64,000 nucleotides of DNA from Azolla caroliniana (taxonomy: Eukaryota; Plantae; Polypodiophyta). Positions 25,761 through 38,000 of the stretch are shown here, piece by piece. A program made the translations under genes and the position numbers. The notes under the pieces were generated by a model, which saw only the letters and a list, made by a program, of their open reading frames with translations, had not been told where the DNA came from and ran no database searches. The stretch spans positions 11,904,001 to 11,968,000 of the forward strand of contig JBHGNT010000011.1 of the NCBI GenBank assembly GCA_043228905.1, written 5' to 3'. Within the stretch, counting starts at the first letter, position 1. Every line of letters begins with the position of its first letter.

Positions 25761-26292
25761 AAGTCCATGCATCATACCTTAAGAACTCCATCATAAACAA
25801 ATCCCAAACCTCTCGTTCAGGAGCATCCATGAGACCATGCATCGAAGTAGATTGACCCACCTCTGAACACATGTTAAAATCACCTAACAAAAAACCTGCT
25901 CTTCCATGGCGTAAAACTTGATGTAAAGCTCTCCATAGATTGATACGTTGTCCTACAACATTTGGTGCATAGATACCTACCACCAAAATCTTATTCCCTT
26001 CATAATTAACTTCAACCACCAAGAACCGACCATGAACATCTCTTTGAACCACTATTGGTTTCAAGCTGTCCCTTACAATAAGCATTATGCATGAATACAA
26101 CCCTCCAGTGACCCCAGCATAAAACACACAATATTGCTTATACTGAAGAGAAGACCCGGACCTAGCATGCTCCTTATGTTCTACTACACACAACACATCC
26201 CATTGACTAATAAAAACAATTTTCCACATACTATATCCCTTAGACGAAGAACAAATTCCCCGTACATTCCATGTGACTATTTTCATCAATCA

Positions 26293-27765
26293 CTAATTAG
26301 GATGTTTGTTGGCCTGTTCATGTTCCCGTTGTGCCAATATGTTGGGTATATCCCCGAAATAATCACTTAAAACTGCAAATGCGTTTTGCACAAATGGTTG
26401 ATGTCTATCGGTGGATATCATTGTACCCCGCAAACTATTTCTTTTCCAATTTTGTTTGTGTAATGGTAGATTGATTTTACCATTCTTATCAAATCTAAGG
26501 TTGAAAGGTTTTGTCCCTTGATTAGATTGTTGATATAGTGAACCTTGCCACGGTTTTGACCTTCTTCTCAATTGGTCATAATTAGGTGCATAGACACCCC
26601 CATAGGATCTTTAGAGGAGCTACCCCTCTCTTGGTCATAATGTTCATGAACCTTCTCTTTTTGGTGCCTTGGATGATTGACCTTAGAGGCCACCTTAATC
26701 CAAGACCCATCATCATCTATTAATTCTTGTCTTGTTTCTTCAATATATTTGTCTTTATGTTCCAAAATAGCGACACCTTTACCTTTGTCAACATTTGGTT
26801 CCTTAGTTTTTGGCACCTCATTGTCCTTTGTGACATACTTTGGAATCAACACATCACCATGGGAAGTATTAGTCATCTCTACTACCGGTGTTTGTGGACA
26901 TTCTGCCATGAAATGACCCAAACCACCACATCGGAAGCAATGACCGGCAAATGATCCCCAACGCAATTGGCAATGGAATGATCTCATCTCCTCAATTTTT
27001 ATGTTTAGCCACAAAGGTCTCTTTTTAGTTGTATTCCACAACATACATAACTTATATCTATTATATGCTTTGGCATTTGGGGCTACTATCACCTTTCCCA
27101 ATTGTTCCATTACACCTTGAATTATAGGCCACAAAAAAGAAAATTTACACTCCCACCCATATTGGACACTCTTGTTTTAAAATTTCTTGAAATTCAGCTA
27201 GCGGTCGCCAAGGGACAATATACACTAAATTACTATTATAAAAAACTGGCTCACGTAATAATAATCTATCTCGTTGTTCTTCGGTTCGAAACACCACCTC
27301 AAAAAAACCTCGTGGACCTTTATACACATCTTCCACGCTGGTCCTACCTACCATTGCATTTAACCATTGAGCCACCCAATGTACCAAAGGAATTTTTCCC
27401 GTAAAGAAACAAATAATGCCTCTCTCATGAAACATGGAAAACGCCTTTAAAATTTCCCTACGTGGCATCTCCACCTCTACGATCTCATCCTCTTCTATGT
27501 TGGCCACCATCTCTATATCATCTGGTAAAATCTCATGGAGAGCTTCATTGGCAACTACATGCATCACTTCCCAGTAATGATCATTCCTCTTCTCCTCACC
27601 TTTTCCCATAACATGTGCATAGGATGGTTTTGATAACATATCTATATCCTCCTCATGCATATTATTAGTTCCAATCTTTTGTTTCTTCACAATAATATCA
27701 TCTTCTCCTTCTTCCCTTTGGCTCTGTATTTGCCTTGCATTTATACATGTATCCATCTCTTCCAT
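26293..27765 (-). pseudogene. LINE ORF1 (DUF4283-like domain plus zinc knuckle), frameshifted
   Basis: GFFEVVF..PWRP..PIWV; CFRCGGLGHFMAEC; split over three ORFs. Confidence 0.88.
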
Positions 27766-27872
27766 AGATTCTATGTTCCAATTAGAACAAAAAGAAAAAT
27801 AGTAGGATGATAATTAACCTGGAATCGACAATATGACATCCGAATTGTTGGTAGAAGAAAAATGTTGCAACA

Positions 27873-27974
27873 CTCTCCAAATTATGTTGATGTAGTTGTG
27901 CCTCCTCCTTTTCCTCTCCAAATTATGTTGATGTAATCGTGCCTCATCCTCTTCCTCTCAAAATTATGTTGATG
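27873..27974. repeat. 41-bp tandem repeat (~2.5 copies) in the presumptive LINE 5' UTR
   Basis: ctctccaaattatgttgatgtagttgtgcctcctccttttc and variants. Confidence 0.85.
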
Positions 27975-27994
27975 ATCTCTCTCTCTCTCTCTCT

Positions 27995-29005
27995 GGTGAA
28001 AACACACAATTATATTAATACATGTATGTGGAAAACACAACAATGGTACCACAATTGGGTGATGTCACCGCCACAATAGGCAAGAATGCTCCAAGAAGGA
28101 AGGAATTTCGACTTTCCAATAAACAAAACTACCATATCAATACTCCAACTTTAAGAGAGCTCCTCTAACTCTGTCTACCATTGAATACAAATGCATTGCA
28201 TATATCTCAATTATCACACAATCCTATTGTGTCACATTGTATGAATCAATCAATACTATACTATCTTCCTACTTAAACAACGCAAAAGACGCAATTTCCT
28301 GTTGCTACTTCTTGTCTCTTTAATTGTAATCCCAAAGGTAAACCCTTGATCAATACCTTTCCAATCAATACCTTTTCTAAAAATGGAAAATAGAATGCCA
28401 ACTATGTTTAAGATTTGCCACCACCTATTGTTAGGGCTACATACCTTCCATTCTTTTTCAACCTTTGATGATAGGTACTAAAGAGACTCACTGGAGGAAT
28501 GGTATAAGAGACTAGTCGTCACTTGCAAAAGCTAAGTCCCATCCTGTAAATGCAAATCAACCCATGGTTTCTCTTTGAATTTTATAGCTAGAGGACCTTT
28601 CACCAATGTAATACTCTATAGTTGTTTCCAAATAAACCCATAATTGTGTAAGATGAGTAAGTGTTGTGTTAGCTTAACAAACTCCAACACTCTCTTAGAT
28701 AAAACATCAATTACATCTCCACCTCTTTCATCCCAAATGAAACAAGAGATTAAATTGAGAGTGCAATCCCTCTTTTGCATGCCAAGATAATAATATAGAA
28801 GACACGAGTAACTCCTTTAGCAATGAATTACATGATCTCTACTAGTTGATGATACACAACTAAAAATGGAGAGTGCTTCATGCCATGAGACAACCAAGTG
28901 TTGAGCACATGAAGAATGAGAAAATTTAAGTGTAATATTTCCATTAAGTATTTTCAACCATGTTGTTGTACAATCATTGTGCTTGATCTATTATCCCCTC
29001 CTTCT
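27995..29005 (-). pseudogene. Second, older LINE relic: 3' part (zf-RVT and C-terminus)
   Basis: KVLIKGLPLGLQL resembles KVFLWRVIVSGLPL; CNAFVFNG resembles RNGFLFDG; cut by element C. Confidence 0.65.
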
Positions 29006-29371
29006 TGTTGAGAGACAAGCTCAACATTGGGTGCGTAAACGGGTGCGTAACCCAGTAAGTAGACTAGGTGCGTAAAACCGTACGCAAAATAAGGCCGTTA
29101 GAACGATATTCCTCGTAAGGAATAGTTTTGGGAGTTAGTGTCGGAGGCTCATTTATGAGCGGTCAAGTATTGTCAGTACTTGTGTCAGCCCAATTGTCGG
29201 GGATTGTATAAAAGGTGCCATTGAGCACGAAATATGTACCAGAGAACATATAGAGAATTATTTTGAATATAGTTTTGTATTTTTTGCTCTCTCGCTCTCT
29301 CCCTCTCTGTCTCTCCCTCTCTTTCTCTGTGATTTCTGTGTTTCACCAAACTGTTGTACTTCCGAACCGTG

Positions 29372-29457
29372 TGTTGATGACAGAGGTCGTCAATGCGGAA
29401 GATCAAGAAGCATTCGATTAGGTTTGAATACCTGCGTATTACAGTTTCTGAGATAGT

Positions 29458-29532
<75 letters not shown>

Positions 29533-32500
29533 CACAAAACGACTTTCTATTTCTCAAAGCAATAATACAACACCCAACCTTACAAAAGGGTTACAAGGTC
29601 ACTATATATAGTGACCGACTTAGGGCAACTACCCTTTATGCTAATTACACAAATGCCCCAAACTTGGGCTATACAAAGGGATAGTGTGAATACGTCCATT
29701 ATACACTTGTATTCGACACTCCCCCGTAATGGGCGTATACATGGGTTATCTAAGATTACAGGTATAAGCCTAGGTTCTCGGACATATCAGTTTTTGTTCG
29801 AGTCGGTAGGGTCCGAAGGCAGAAGACCGAACTGGTCGGGTCGGACGTGTTGAAGTCGATCATTAAGGAACTGATGTCGGTTTTCGGAAACCATCCTGTG
29901 CTGTGTCCGGCTCTAACCGGACTGGTTTGTCGTTACGCCCATCTGATGCCGAAGGGACCGAAAGCGGTCTGCCGAAAGACACTTGGTCATTCCATCTGCG
30001 ACATTGTCGGTTGTGGATATTTTCTCTAGACCGACTTTCCCTGAAATGACGCAGTCCCGAACGAAGTGATATCGAACGTCGATATGTTTGGAGGCGTTGT
30101 GGTGAACCGGATTTTTCGACAAGGCAACAACACCTTGACTGTCGCTGTAGACAACTGGAGCCGAGTCATGGTCGACTTGTCGAAACGTGTGCGCCAGCCG
30201 ACCGAGCCACAAAGCTTCTTTTGCTGCGTCGGACGCAGCTACATATTCTGCTTCGGTCGTTGAGGTCGCTGTGCACTCCTGAAGTTTCGACTTCCACGAG
30301 ATTGCTCCATTGCCGAATTTGAAGCAGTATCCGGTTGTTGATTTCCGACTGTCTATACAGCCGGCGAAATCCGAGTCGGTGTAACCGACTACGCCTGAGG
30401 TTCGGTTCGGACCGAAAAGAATGCCGTGGTCTTTTGTGCCAGCCAGATATCTGAACACATGCTTGACTGCGTTCCAATGCGATCGGCCAGGATTGTGCAT
30501 AAATCTGCTAACGACTCCTACGGCGTGAGAAATATCAGGCCGTGTCGCGACCATCAGGTACATAAGGGAGCCGACTGCCGGTGCATACGGTACCGACTTC
30601 ATATCTTCCCCCTCCGGACCGGATGTCGGGCAGTCTCGCTGAGAGAGCCGAAGATTCATAGGGAGCGGGGTTGAAGCAGATTTGGCTGATTGCATGTTGA
30701 AGCGTTCTAAGACACGTCGGATATAGTCGGTCTGAGACAGAAAAAGATGTCGTTTATCGCGATGCCGACTAATCTTCATGCCGAGTATGTGTCGTGCCGG
30801 ACCGAGGTCCTTCATGGCAAACTTCAACCGCAGTTGCCGAATGAGATCGGCAAGTTCGCCCGCGTAGCGTCCAGAAAGTAGCATGTCGTCCACGTAAATG
30901 ATGAGGAAGATGGGTGATCCATCTTGAGCTGTGTTAGTGAAAAGACAATGGTCCTCATCGCTTTTTGAGAAGCCGATCGATTGGATGAAGTCGTCGAACT
31001 TCTTGTACCATTGTCGCGGTGCCTGTTTGAGGCCGTATAGACTCTTCCTGAGTCGGCAGACTAGATGTTCTTGGCCAGTCGCCACGAAGCCTTTTGGCTG
31101 CTCCATATAAATTTCCTCGTCAAGATCACCATGGAGGAAGGCTGTTTTGACATCTAGCTGAATCAGCTCCAAGTTGTCGGCTGCCACTACGCCGAGTAGG
31201 AAACGAAGGGTTGTCATTTTCACCACTGGTGAAAAAATCTCGTCGAAGTCGACGCCATATTCTTGTCGGAAGCCCTTCGCAACTAATCTGGCCTTGTACT
31301 TTGGGGTGGTCGAATCAGACGTCTCTTTTAGTCGATAAACCCACTTGCAAGGAAGAGCACGTCGGTTCCTAGGTAATTCGACCAGATCCCAAGTCTTGTT
31401 TGCCCGAATGGAGTGCATTTCCGACTCCATCGCCAGATGCTAGGTGGCTGAATCGACAGATGTCGATGCTTCTTCGTAAGACGTCGGTTCGCCGGCGTCG
31501 GTGAAGAAAATTCCAGGAGAATACCTCTCCGGAGGTTGCGACAGTCTCTCGGATCGTCGAGGCATGATTGGACTGGTCGCATCAGGTATCGAGGTCGGAT
31601 GGTCCGAAAGCGGATTGTTCGGCTGTGCCGAGTCGGGGTTGTCCGAGTCGGTAGTGTAAGGTTCAGCTACCCGTGAAGCTGACCGTGTGTTAAGAGCGGG
31701 GCCTTCTTGAAGGGTCGGCACATCGGAAAATGTTACCCTTCGGACTTCGATCGGTTTTTCGACTGATGGATTCATAGCCGACTCGTTGAACACAACGTCC
31801 GAACTTCGAACGATTTGTCTGCGTTCGGGGTCCCAGAGTCGGTATCCCATTTCGCCGTCTGATCCATATCCAAGAAAAATGCATTTCCTGGACCGAGGTG
31901 CAAGTTTTCGGCGATCATCTTTCGGAATAAGGGCGTACGCCTCGCATCCGAAGATCCTCAGCTTGTCGTAATTCGGCTTACTGCCGATCCATAGTTCTTG
32001 AGGAATTTGAAGTCCTAGAGGTCTACTTGGCGACATATTGATTATGTGTGCTGCCGTGAGTAGAGCCTCTGCCCAGAAGCCATCCGACAGTCCGGAGTGT
32101 TGGAGCATGGAAACTATCCGTTCTTGGATTGTCCGATTCATGCGTTCGGCAATCCCGTTTTGCTCCGGACTGTGTGGTGCCGTAAATTCACGTCGGATGC
32201 CGCGTTGTCGGCAGAATTTGACGAATTCTTCTGATTTGAACTCTCCCCCATTGTCGGTCCGAAAGCATTTCAGCTTTCGGTCGGTTTGATTTTCTACCAT
32301 AGCGAGCCAATCGGAGAAGATCGAGAAGACACGATCTTTGGTGCGAATTGGATAAGCCCACACCTTTCGAGTCGAATCGTCAATAAAACTGACGAAGTAA
32401 GAGGCACCGCCAAGAGACTGATGCGGCATCGGGCCACAGACGTCCGAGTGGACTAAATCGAGAGGTCTCGTTTCTCTTGGTGCTGATGTCGGGTGTGATG

Positions 32501-34702
32501 CGGCTGCTTGTTTGCCATACTGACAATGCTCGCAGAATTGATGGTCGGAGAAGGAGAGTTTGGGGATGTATCCGGCTCTAGATAGATGCGTAATGCCGGC
32601 CTTGCTGAGGTGTCCTAATCTTCGGTGCCATAGTGATGACACAGGAATATCCACCAAAAACAGGTTACCCTCTCTGAGCGTAACATGTAACGGATACAGT
32701 GAGTGTATCTTGGGTCCTCTAGCAAGCAGGAGGTTCCCCCTGTGGAGTGTCCACCCTCCCGAAGAAAAACCGGCACGAATGCCGTCTTCATCTAGTTGTC
32801 CGACTGAGATCAATGGCCTTGAGAGCTCGGGTACATGTCGGACATTGTGAAGTACAAGTGTAGAGCCACCTGCAAGGTTGAGCTCTACTGTGCCGATTCC
32901 GATGATGTCACAGTGTTGTGAGTTGCCGACTCGAACTGAGTCGGAGTGACGGGTCGTATATTGCCGAAATTGGGATCGATGAGGAGTCACGTGAAATGAC
33001 GCGCCCGAATCTAAGAGCCATGTGCTCGATTCTTCAGTCGTGAGTAGAACTTCTGATCCGACTGGATTTTCGATTGATAGTATATTCGGGTCGTCTGGTA
33101 GTACATCAGCTGAAAAGCTGACGTAATTGATCTCCTCATGCCGGCCACTCTTCTTGTTGTTCTTGTTCTTGAGTGCGCGGCAGTCGGCTTTGATGTGTCC
33201 GGGTTTCTTGCAATAGTTGCAGATTCGGTTATCCCGTGACTGGCTCCGTCTTCGCTGATTGTTCGGCGGCCGTGAGGAATCTCTTCCTCGTATGTTCGAT
33301 CGGTCTGTCGAACCTTGTACTACGTAAGCGTCGTCTGTTGAGTCTTTGGCGAAAGACTTTCTCCGAGCTGCTTCGGTCAGGATTGCGCTCGTGACTTCGG
33401 AGTATTTAACAGCCGTGGTTGACGCGTTGCACACGGTTGTGACGAAAGTTTCCCATGATGAGGGAAGGCTGCTCATGAGTATCATTGCTCTGAGTTCATC
33501 CTCTATTGCCGTCCCCTGAGATGAGATTTGGGAGCTTATGCTTTCTTACTCATTGAGATGTGCTTGAACCGAATCGGATTCTTTCATCCGCAAGTTGTAG
33601 AGGCGCCGGATTAGTAACATCTTCGTTGCAGCGACCTTCTTTTCGTAGGTGTCCGACAGTGTTTTCCACAGTTCGAATGCTGTCATACATGATTGCACCG
33701 TAAAGTATACCGATTCCGATAGGTGCATCCGAATCGTGGCGCGGACGATTCTGTCCAGCTTCTGCCACTCAATTGGTTTGTATCCTTCTGGAGGTTCTTC
33801 ATTTTCGATGGGATCGATTTGCCCCTTGACTATGAGATAGTCCTGCATTTGCTCCTTCCAGAAGTTGAAGTTCGATCCATCGAACTTTCGTAGACTCATT
33901 TCTGACGAGCCGGATGTTGATGCCATCAAATTTGGTTTCGGTTAACGAAGCTCGGTTCGGAGTTGACTACGAACCTTGTGGGAGTGCAGCCGGTTGGCTC
34001 ACCCGATATCGTTCTAGTCGGATTTGAACCCGAGTCGGTTCGGCTTCGAATATATGTATTGTTGAACTTGCTCGAATTGACTCCGGTAACTTGAGGGACA
34101 GAACCGACTGGTCTTCCCGAATGGTTCCGAGTCGGAGTGAGCCCGGTTCGCTTCGGATATATATACCGAATACCGATTATTGAAACCGATTGTCTGGACC
34201 GATTCTGCTTCGGGTGGCTGCAGCGACGAGAGAGACAGATCCAACTGATCCTCCCGAATGTCGATCAGCCGGATGAAGCACGAATTGGGGTTGTTGTCTT
34301 GAGACCGATATGCACCGAGTGGTTACAATGAGCGGCGTTTGATGACCTCTTCGGATGCCGTTTAACCGAGTGGAGCACGATCGTGTCAATGTTGCACAAG
34401 GGGATTTCACCTCGAGCGGTTACGATCACAAGGAATCAGAGTACAACCTGCTGGTTTACTCCAAGCGAAGATGATCTAACGCGATGAGATGCAAGCCTCG
34501 TTTTTCTTCTTCTTCTCTCTTCTTCGAATGACGCAAGAAACCGAATGTTGTGCAGGCTGAGACGACGGCCGACAGCGGATTGAAGGACCGAATGCTGTGC
34601 AGGCTCTGATACCAGATGTTGATGACAGAGGTCGTCAATGCGGAAGATCAAGAAGCATTCGATTAGGTTTGAATACCTGCGTATTACAGTTTCTGAGATA
34701 GT

Positions 34703-34753
<51 letters not shown>

Positions 34754-34939
34754 CACAAAACGACTTTCTATTTCTCAAAGCAATAATACAACACCCAACC
34801 TTACAAAAGGGTTACAAGGTCACTATATATAGTGACCGACTTAGGGCAACTACCCTTTATGCTAATTACACAAATGCCCCAAACTTGGGCTATACAAAGG
34901 GATAGTGTGAATACGTCCATTATACACTTGTATTCGACA
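29372..34939 (-). mobile_element. Ty1/copia element D inserted in the 5' LTR of C
   Basis: LTRs 29372-29718 and 34617-34939 (TG..CA), identical except (AG)35 vs (AG)23; TSD CCGTG; Met PBS 34603-34614; PPT next to 29718. Confidence 0.97.
29913..33929 (-). pseudogene. Gag-Pol of D: single frame with two premature stops
   Basis: Three ORFs in the same frame; TAA 33546-33548 and TAG 31440-31442; all copia motifs present (CNYCKKPGHIKADC, LDSGAS, YVDD). Confidence 0.93.
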
Positions 34940-35082
34940 CCGTGTACTCTGTGTTCTTACGCATACGCTTCTGCACACGTATTCTTTTACATGGTATCAG
35001 AGTGCCGACATAAAAGCTTGTGATAAAGACAGAGTTAAGTTATTGTCTTTGGAAAGGATAAGACAACAATATGGACAGAGGA

Positions 35083-38000
35083 ATGGGAAGCTCACTACTG
35101 ATTGAGAAGCTCGATAGGAGCAACTACGCATATTGGTCGTACAAGATGCACTAGTACATGCTTGGTCATGGTTATTGGAGTTATGTCGAAGGAGTTAACG
35201 AAACAACACCTGAATCGACACACAGAGACTTTTCGGCTTGGGAACAAGTGACAAACAGAGTTCTTTATTGCTTCGCATCCTGTGTGAGCGACCAGCTCTT
35301 GAGCTATATTTGGGATGCTAAGACGCCAAAGGACGCGTGGGCGAATCTCAAGAGGATTTTCGCCGCTAGCACAAAGTTCGGAGTGTTCCGGATGGCGGTT
35401 TGCACAAGGGAGATTACGCCTTCGTTCTTCGAGCTTCAGTCGATGTTGCTCATAGAGGAAAATCACGCGGGTGCTTCGATGAGTACGCACACCGACAACA
35501 AGATGTTGTACACGGAGGAAGATAGGCCCTGTGGTTGTAGTGGACAAGGCGGATCGGCGTGCAATGGAGGCGGCCGAAAAGAGTAGAACGCGCGGCATAA
35601 TCGAAATGCCGAAAGAAATTCCGAACTCTCTGGAAGCAGGGGGAGTCATAGCGGCGCTGGAAGCCGACAGGAGAAGGTTGTAACGGAATGCTGGTACTAT
35701 GGCAAGATAGGCCATAGGGAGAGCGAGTGCTGGAAGAAGAGAGACGATTCGGACAAAGCCGGATCGAGCGGAAGAGACGCAAGAAGGCGTCAGAAATCGC
35801 ATTAAGCCGAGGGCTCTGAACAAGCTGGAAGTGGATCGGGCCCAACCTTCGTATGTTGATTCCGGAGCGTCGAATCATATGAAGAGTCACGAGGAATGGT
35901 TCTCGTACTTGGAGAAACTGGAAAAGCAAGGAGTGGTCGAAACGGGAGACGACACTCCGCATACCATCGAACATGTCAGAGAAGTTTCTCTTGTGGGGTA
36001 AAGGCAAATGCTTTCCCGTGTTGCTCCAACATTTCCTGGAACTTGGACTCTTCTTTGGCCACGTCAGGCAGAAAAGGGAAACTCATGAACGTGCTGCACG
36101 TCCCGACAATAACCAAGAACCTGGTGTCGGTCGGTCAGATCGTTGACCAGGGGATGCAAGTTCGATTCACACACCTCAGGTGCTACATCGAAGAAGAAGG
36201 CAAAGTAATCGCGCAAGGGCGTCGTGAAGGGAGGATGATCATCCTCAACACCAACCAACCCAGAACCGCGCTGTTTGCGAAAGGACAGAAGGTCGAATCA
36301 GATATCGACTTGTGGCACATGCGGTTCGGCCACGTTAACTTCCCACGGCTTTGTGAAATGCAGACGAAGAACATTGCTTTCGGATTGCCGAAATTTCAGG
36401 GCCGTAATGGCCAAGTCTGCAAAGCCTGCCAATTCGGGAAGCAACACCGACTTCCATTCCCCAATGAGAGTAATCGTAGTCGAAATCCACTGGATTTGAT
36501 CCATTCGGATGTGTGGGGACCGACATAGAACGTGAGTCTCGGTGGAAGCCGTTACTTCATAACCTTCATTGATGACTTCACTCGGCATACCTGGGCGTGC
36601 TTGATCGCGAAAAAGAGCGAAGTCTTCACGTGGTTCCTGAAGGTGAAGAGCCTTGCGAAAAGGGAGACTGGACATAAGATCAAGTGCCTACGGTCTGATG
36701 GTGGGAAGGAGTACTTCTCCAACCAGTTCACGAGTTATCTAGAGAAGGATGGATTTTGACGCGAATTCTCGTGTAGATATACGCCGGACCAGAACGGCGT
36801 AGCCGAGCAGAAGAATCAAACAATCGAAAAGCCACTAGAGCAATGCTTTAAGAGAAGCATATGCCGAAGTTTTACTGGGCTTAAACTGTAAGGACGACAG
36901 TTTACTTGCAAAATCGGACCTCTGATAATAGAGGAGTGTCGCCAGATGAGTTGTATTATAACAAGAAGCCGAACTTGGCACACTGGAGGATTTTCGACAG
37001 CATCGCGTACGTACATGTGCCAAAGGAGAAACGGAGGAAGCTGGACGCTAAAGCCGAAAAGTGCATCTTAGTCGGCTATTCAGACGAACAAAAGGGGTAT
37101 AAGTGCTATAACCCCCAAATGGAGGAAGTACGCGTAAGCCGAGATGTCGTGTTCGACGAGTCTACTTCATGGTACTTGCCTTCACCTCCAATATCACATG
37201 ACTCCATTCCGAATTCTGAAGAAGAAGTTAGAGAGGCTGAGATGCCTCCGCCTGATGAGGAAATGGGAGCTCTGACAGAGAGTCTGATCTCATTACGGCT
37301 AAGTGGGCTGAATGAGGGGTTGGGCCGAGAATGCCAACCAAATGAAGAGCCGGCGAGTAGTGGAGACTCGGCCATGTTGTCCCTGCGTAGAGAACCAAGG
37401 AGACGGTTTACGCGTAAAGAAAAAGGGAAGAAGAAAATGTTGGAATATGATTTCGGTAGTGCAGAGTCAGATAAGAGCAAGTCTAATTTTGAGCCAATTG
37501 AAAAGGAATCTCCATGGAAGAAGTCGAAACCGGTCGAAAAGGCTGTGAAATCGGATAATCACAAATTACGCCGATCTACCCCCATGACAAACCCCGTAAA
37601 GAGGTACGGGTACAACGAATACATGGCGTACCATTACGTGTACATGACACAAGTGGCAGAAGTGCGTGAGCCGAAGAGCTACGCAAAAGCGGCGAAAGAC
37701 GCAAATTGGCGTGCCGGGATGGAGAAAGAGATGCGCGCTTTAATGGACAATGAGACTTGGGACCTAGTTGACGTATCGAAGGGTGTAAAGCCGATCGGAT
37801 GTAGATGTGTGTATAAGGTGAAATACAATATCGACGGCTCCGTCAACCGATATAAGGCCCATTTGGTTGCGAAAGGCTACAAACAGAAGCACGGCGTAGA
37901 TTACGACGAGATCTTCGTACCGGTCGCGAAGATGACTACCCTGCGAGTTTTGCTAGCCGTAGCAGCGGTGAAGGGGTGGTATCTACATGAGATGGATGTA

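Larger units (their letters stand above)
21628..26289 (-). pseudogene. LINE ORF2: endonuclease, RT, zf-RVT (disrupted)
   Basis: KIVTWNVRG, GDFN, RLDRIY, SDH; LDIEKAYD, RPGCPLSP, ADDS; CFFC..EEDSRHRFITC; interrupted by a hAT MITE and a 140-bp duplication. Confidence 0.93.
21562..27975 (-). mobile_element. Near full-length decayed LINE (L1/Tx1-type) with ORF1 and ORF2
   Basis: ORF1 with CCHC knuckle, then APE, RT and zf-RVT in order; many stops and frameshifts; (CT)n at both ends; ends approximate. Confidence 0.92.

Noticed and set aside
29617-29628. GACTTAGGGCAA shared by the D and A/B LTRs
   Set aside because: Opposite orientation relative to element sense; a 12-mer could be chance or a telo-box-like motif
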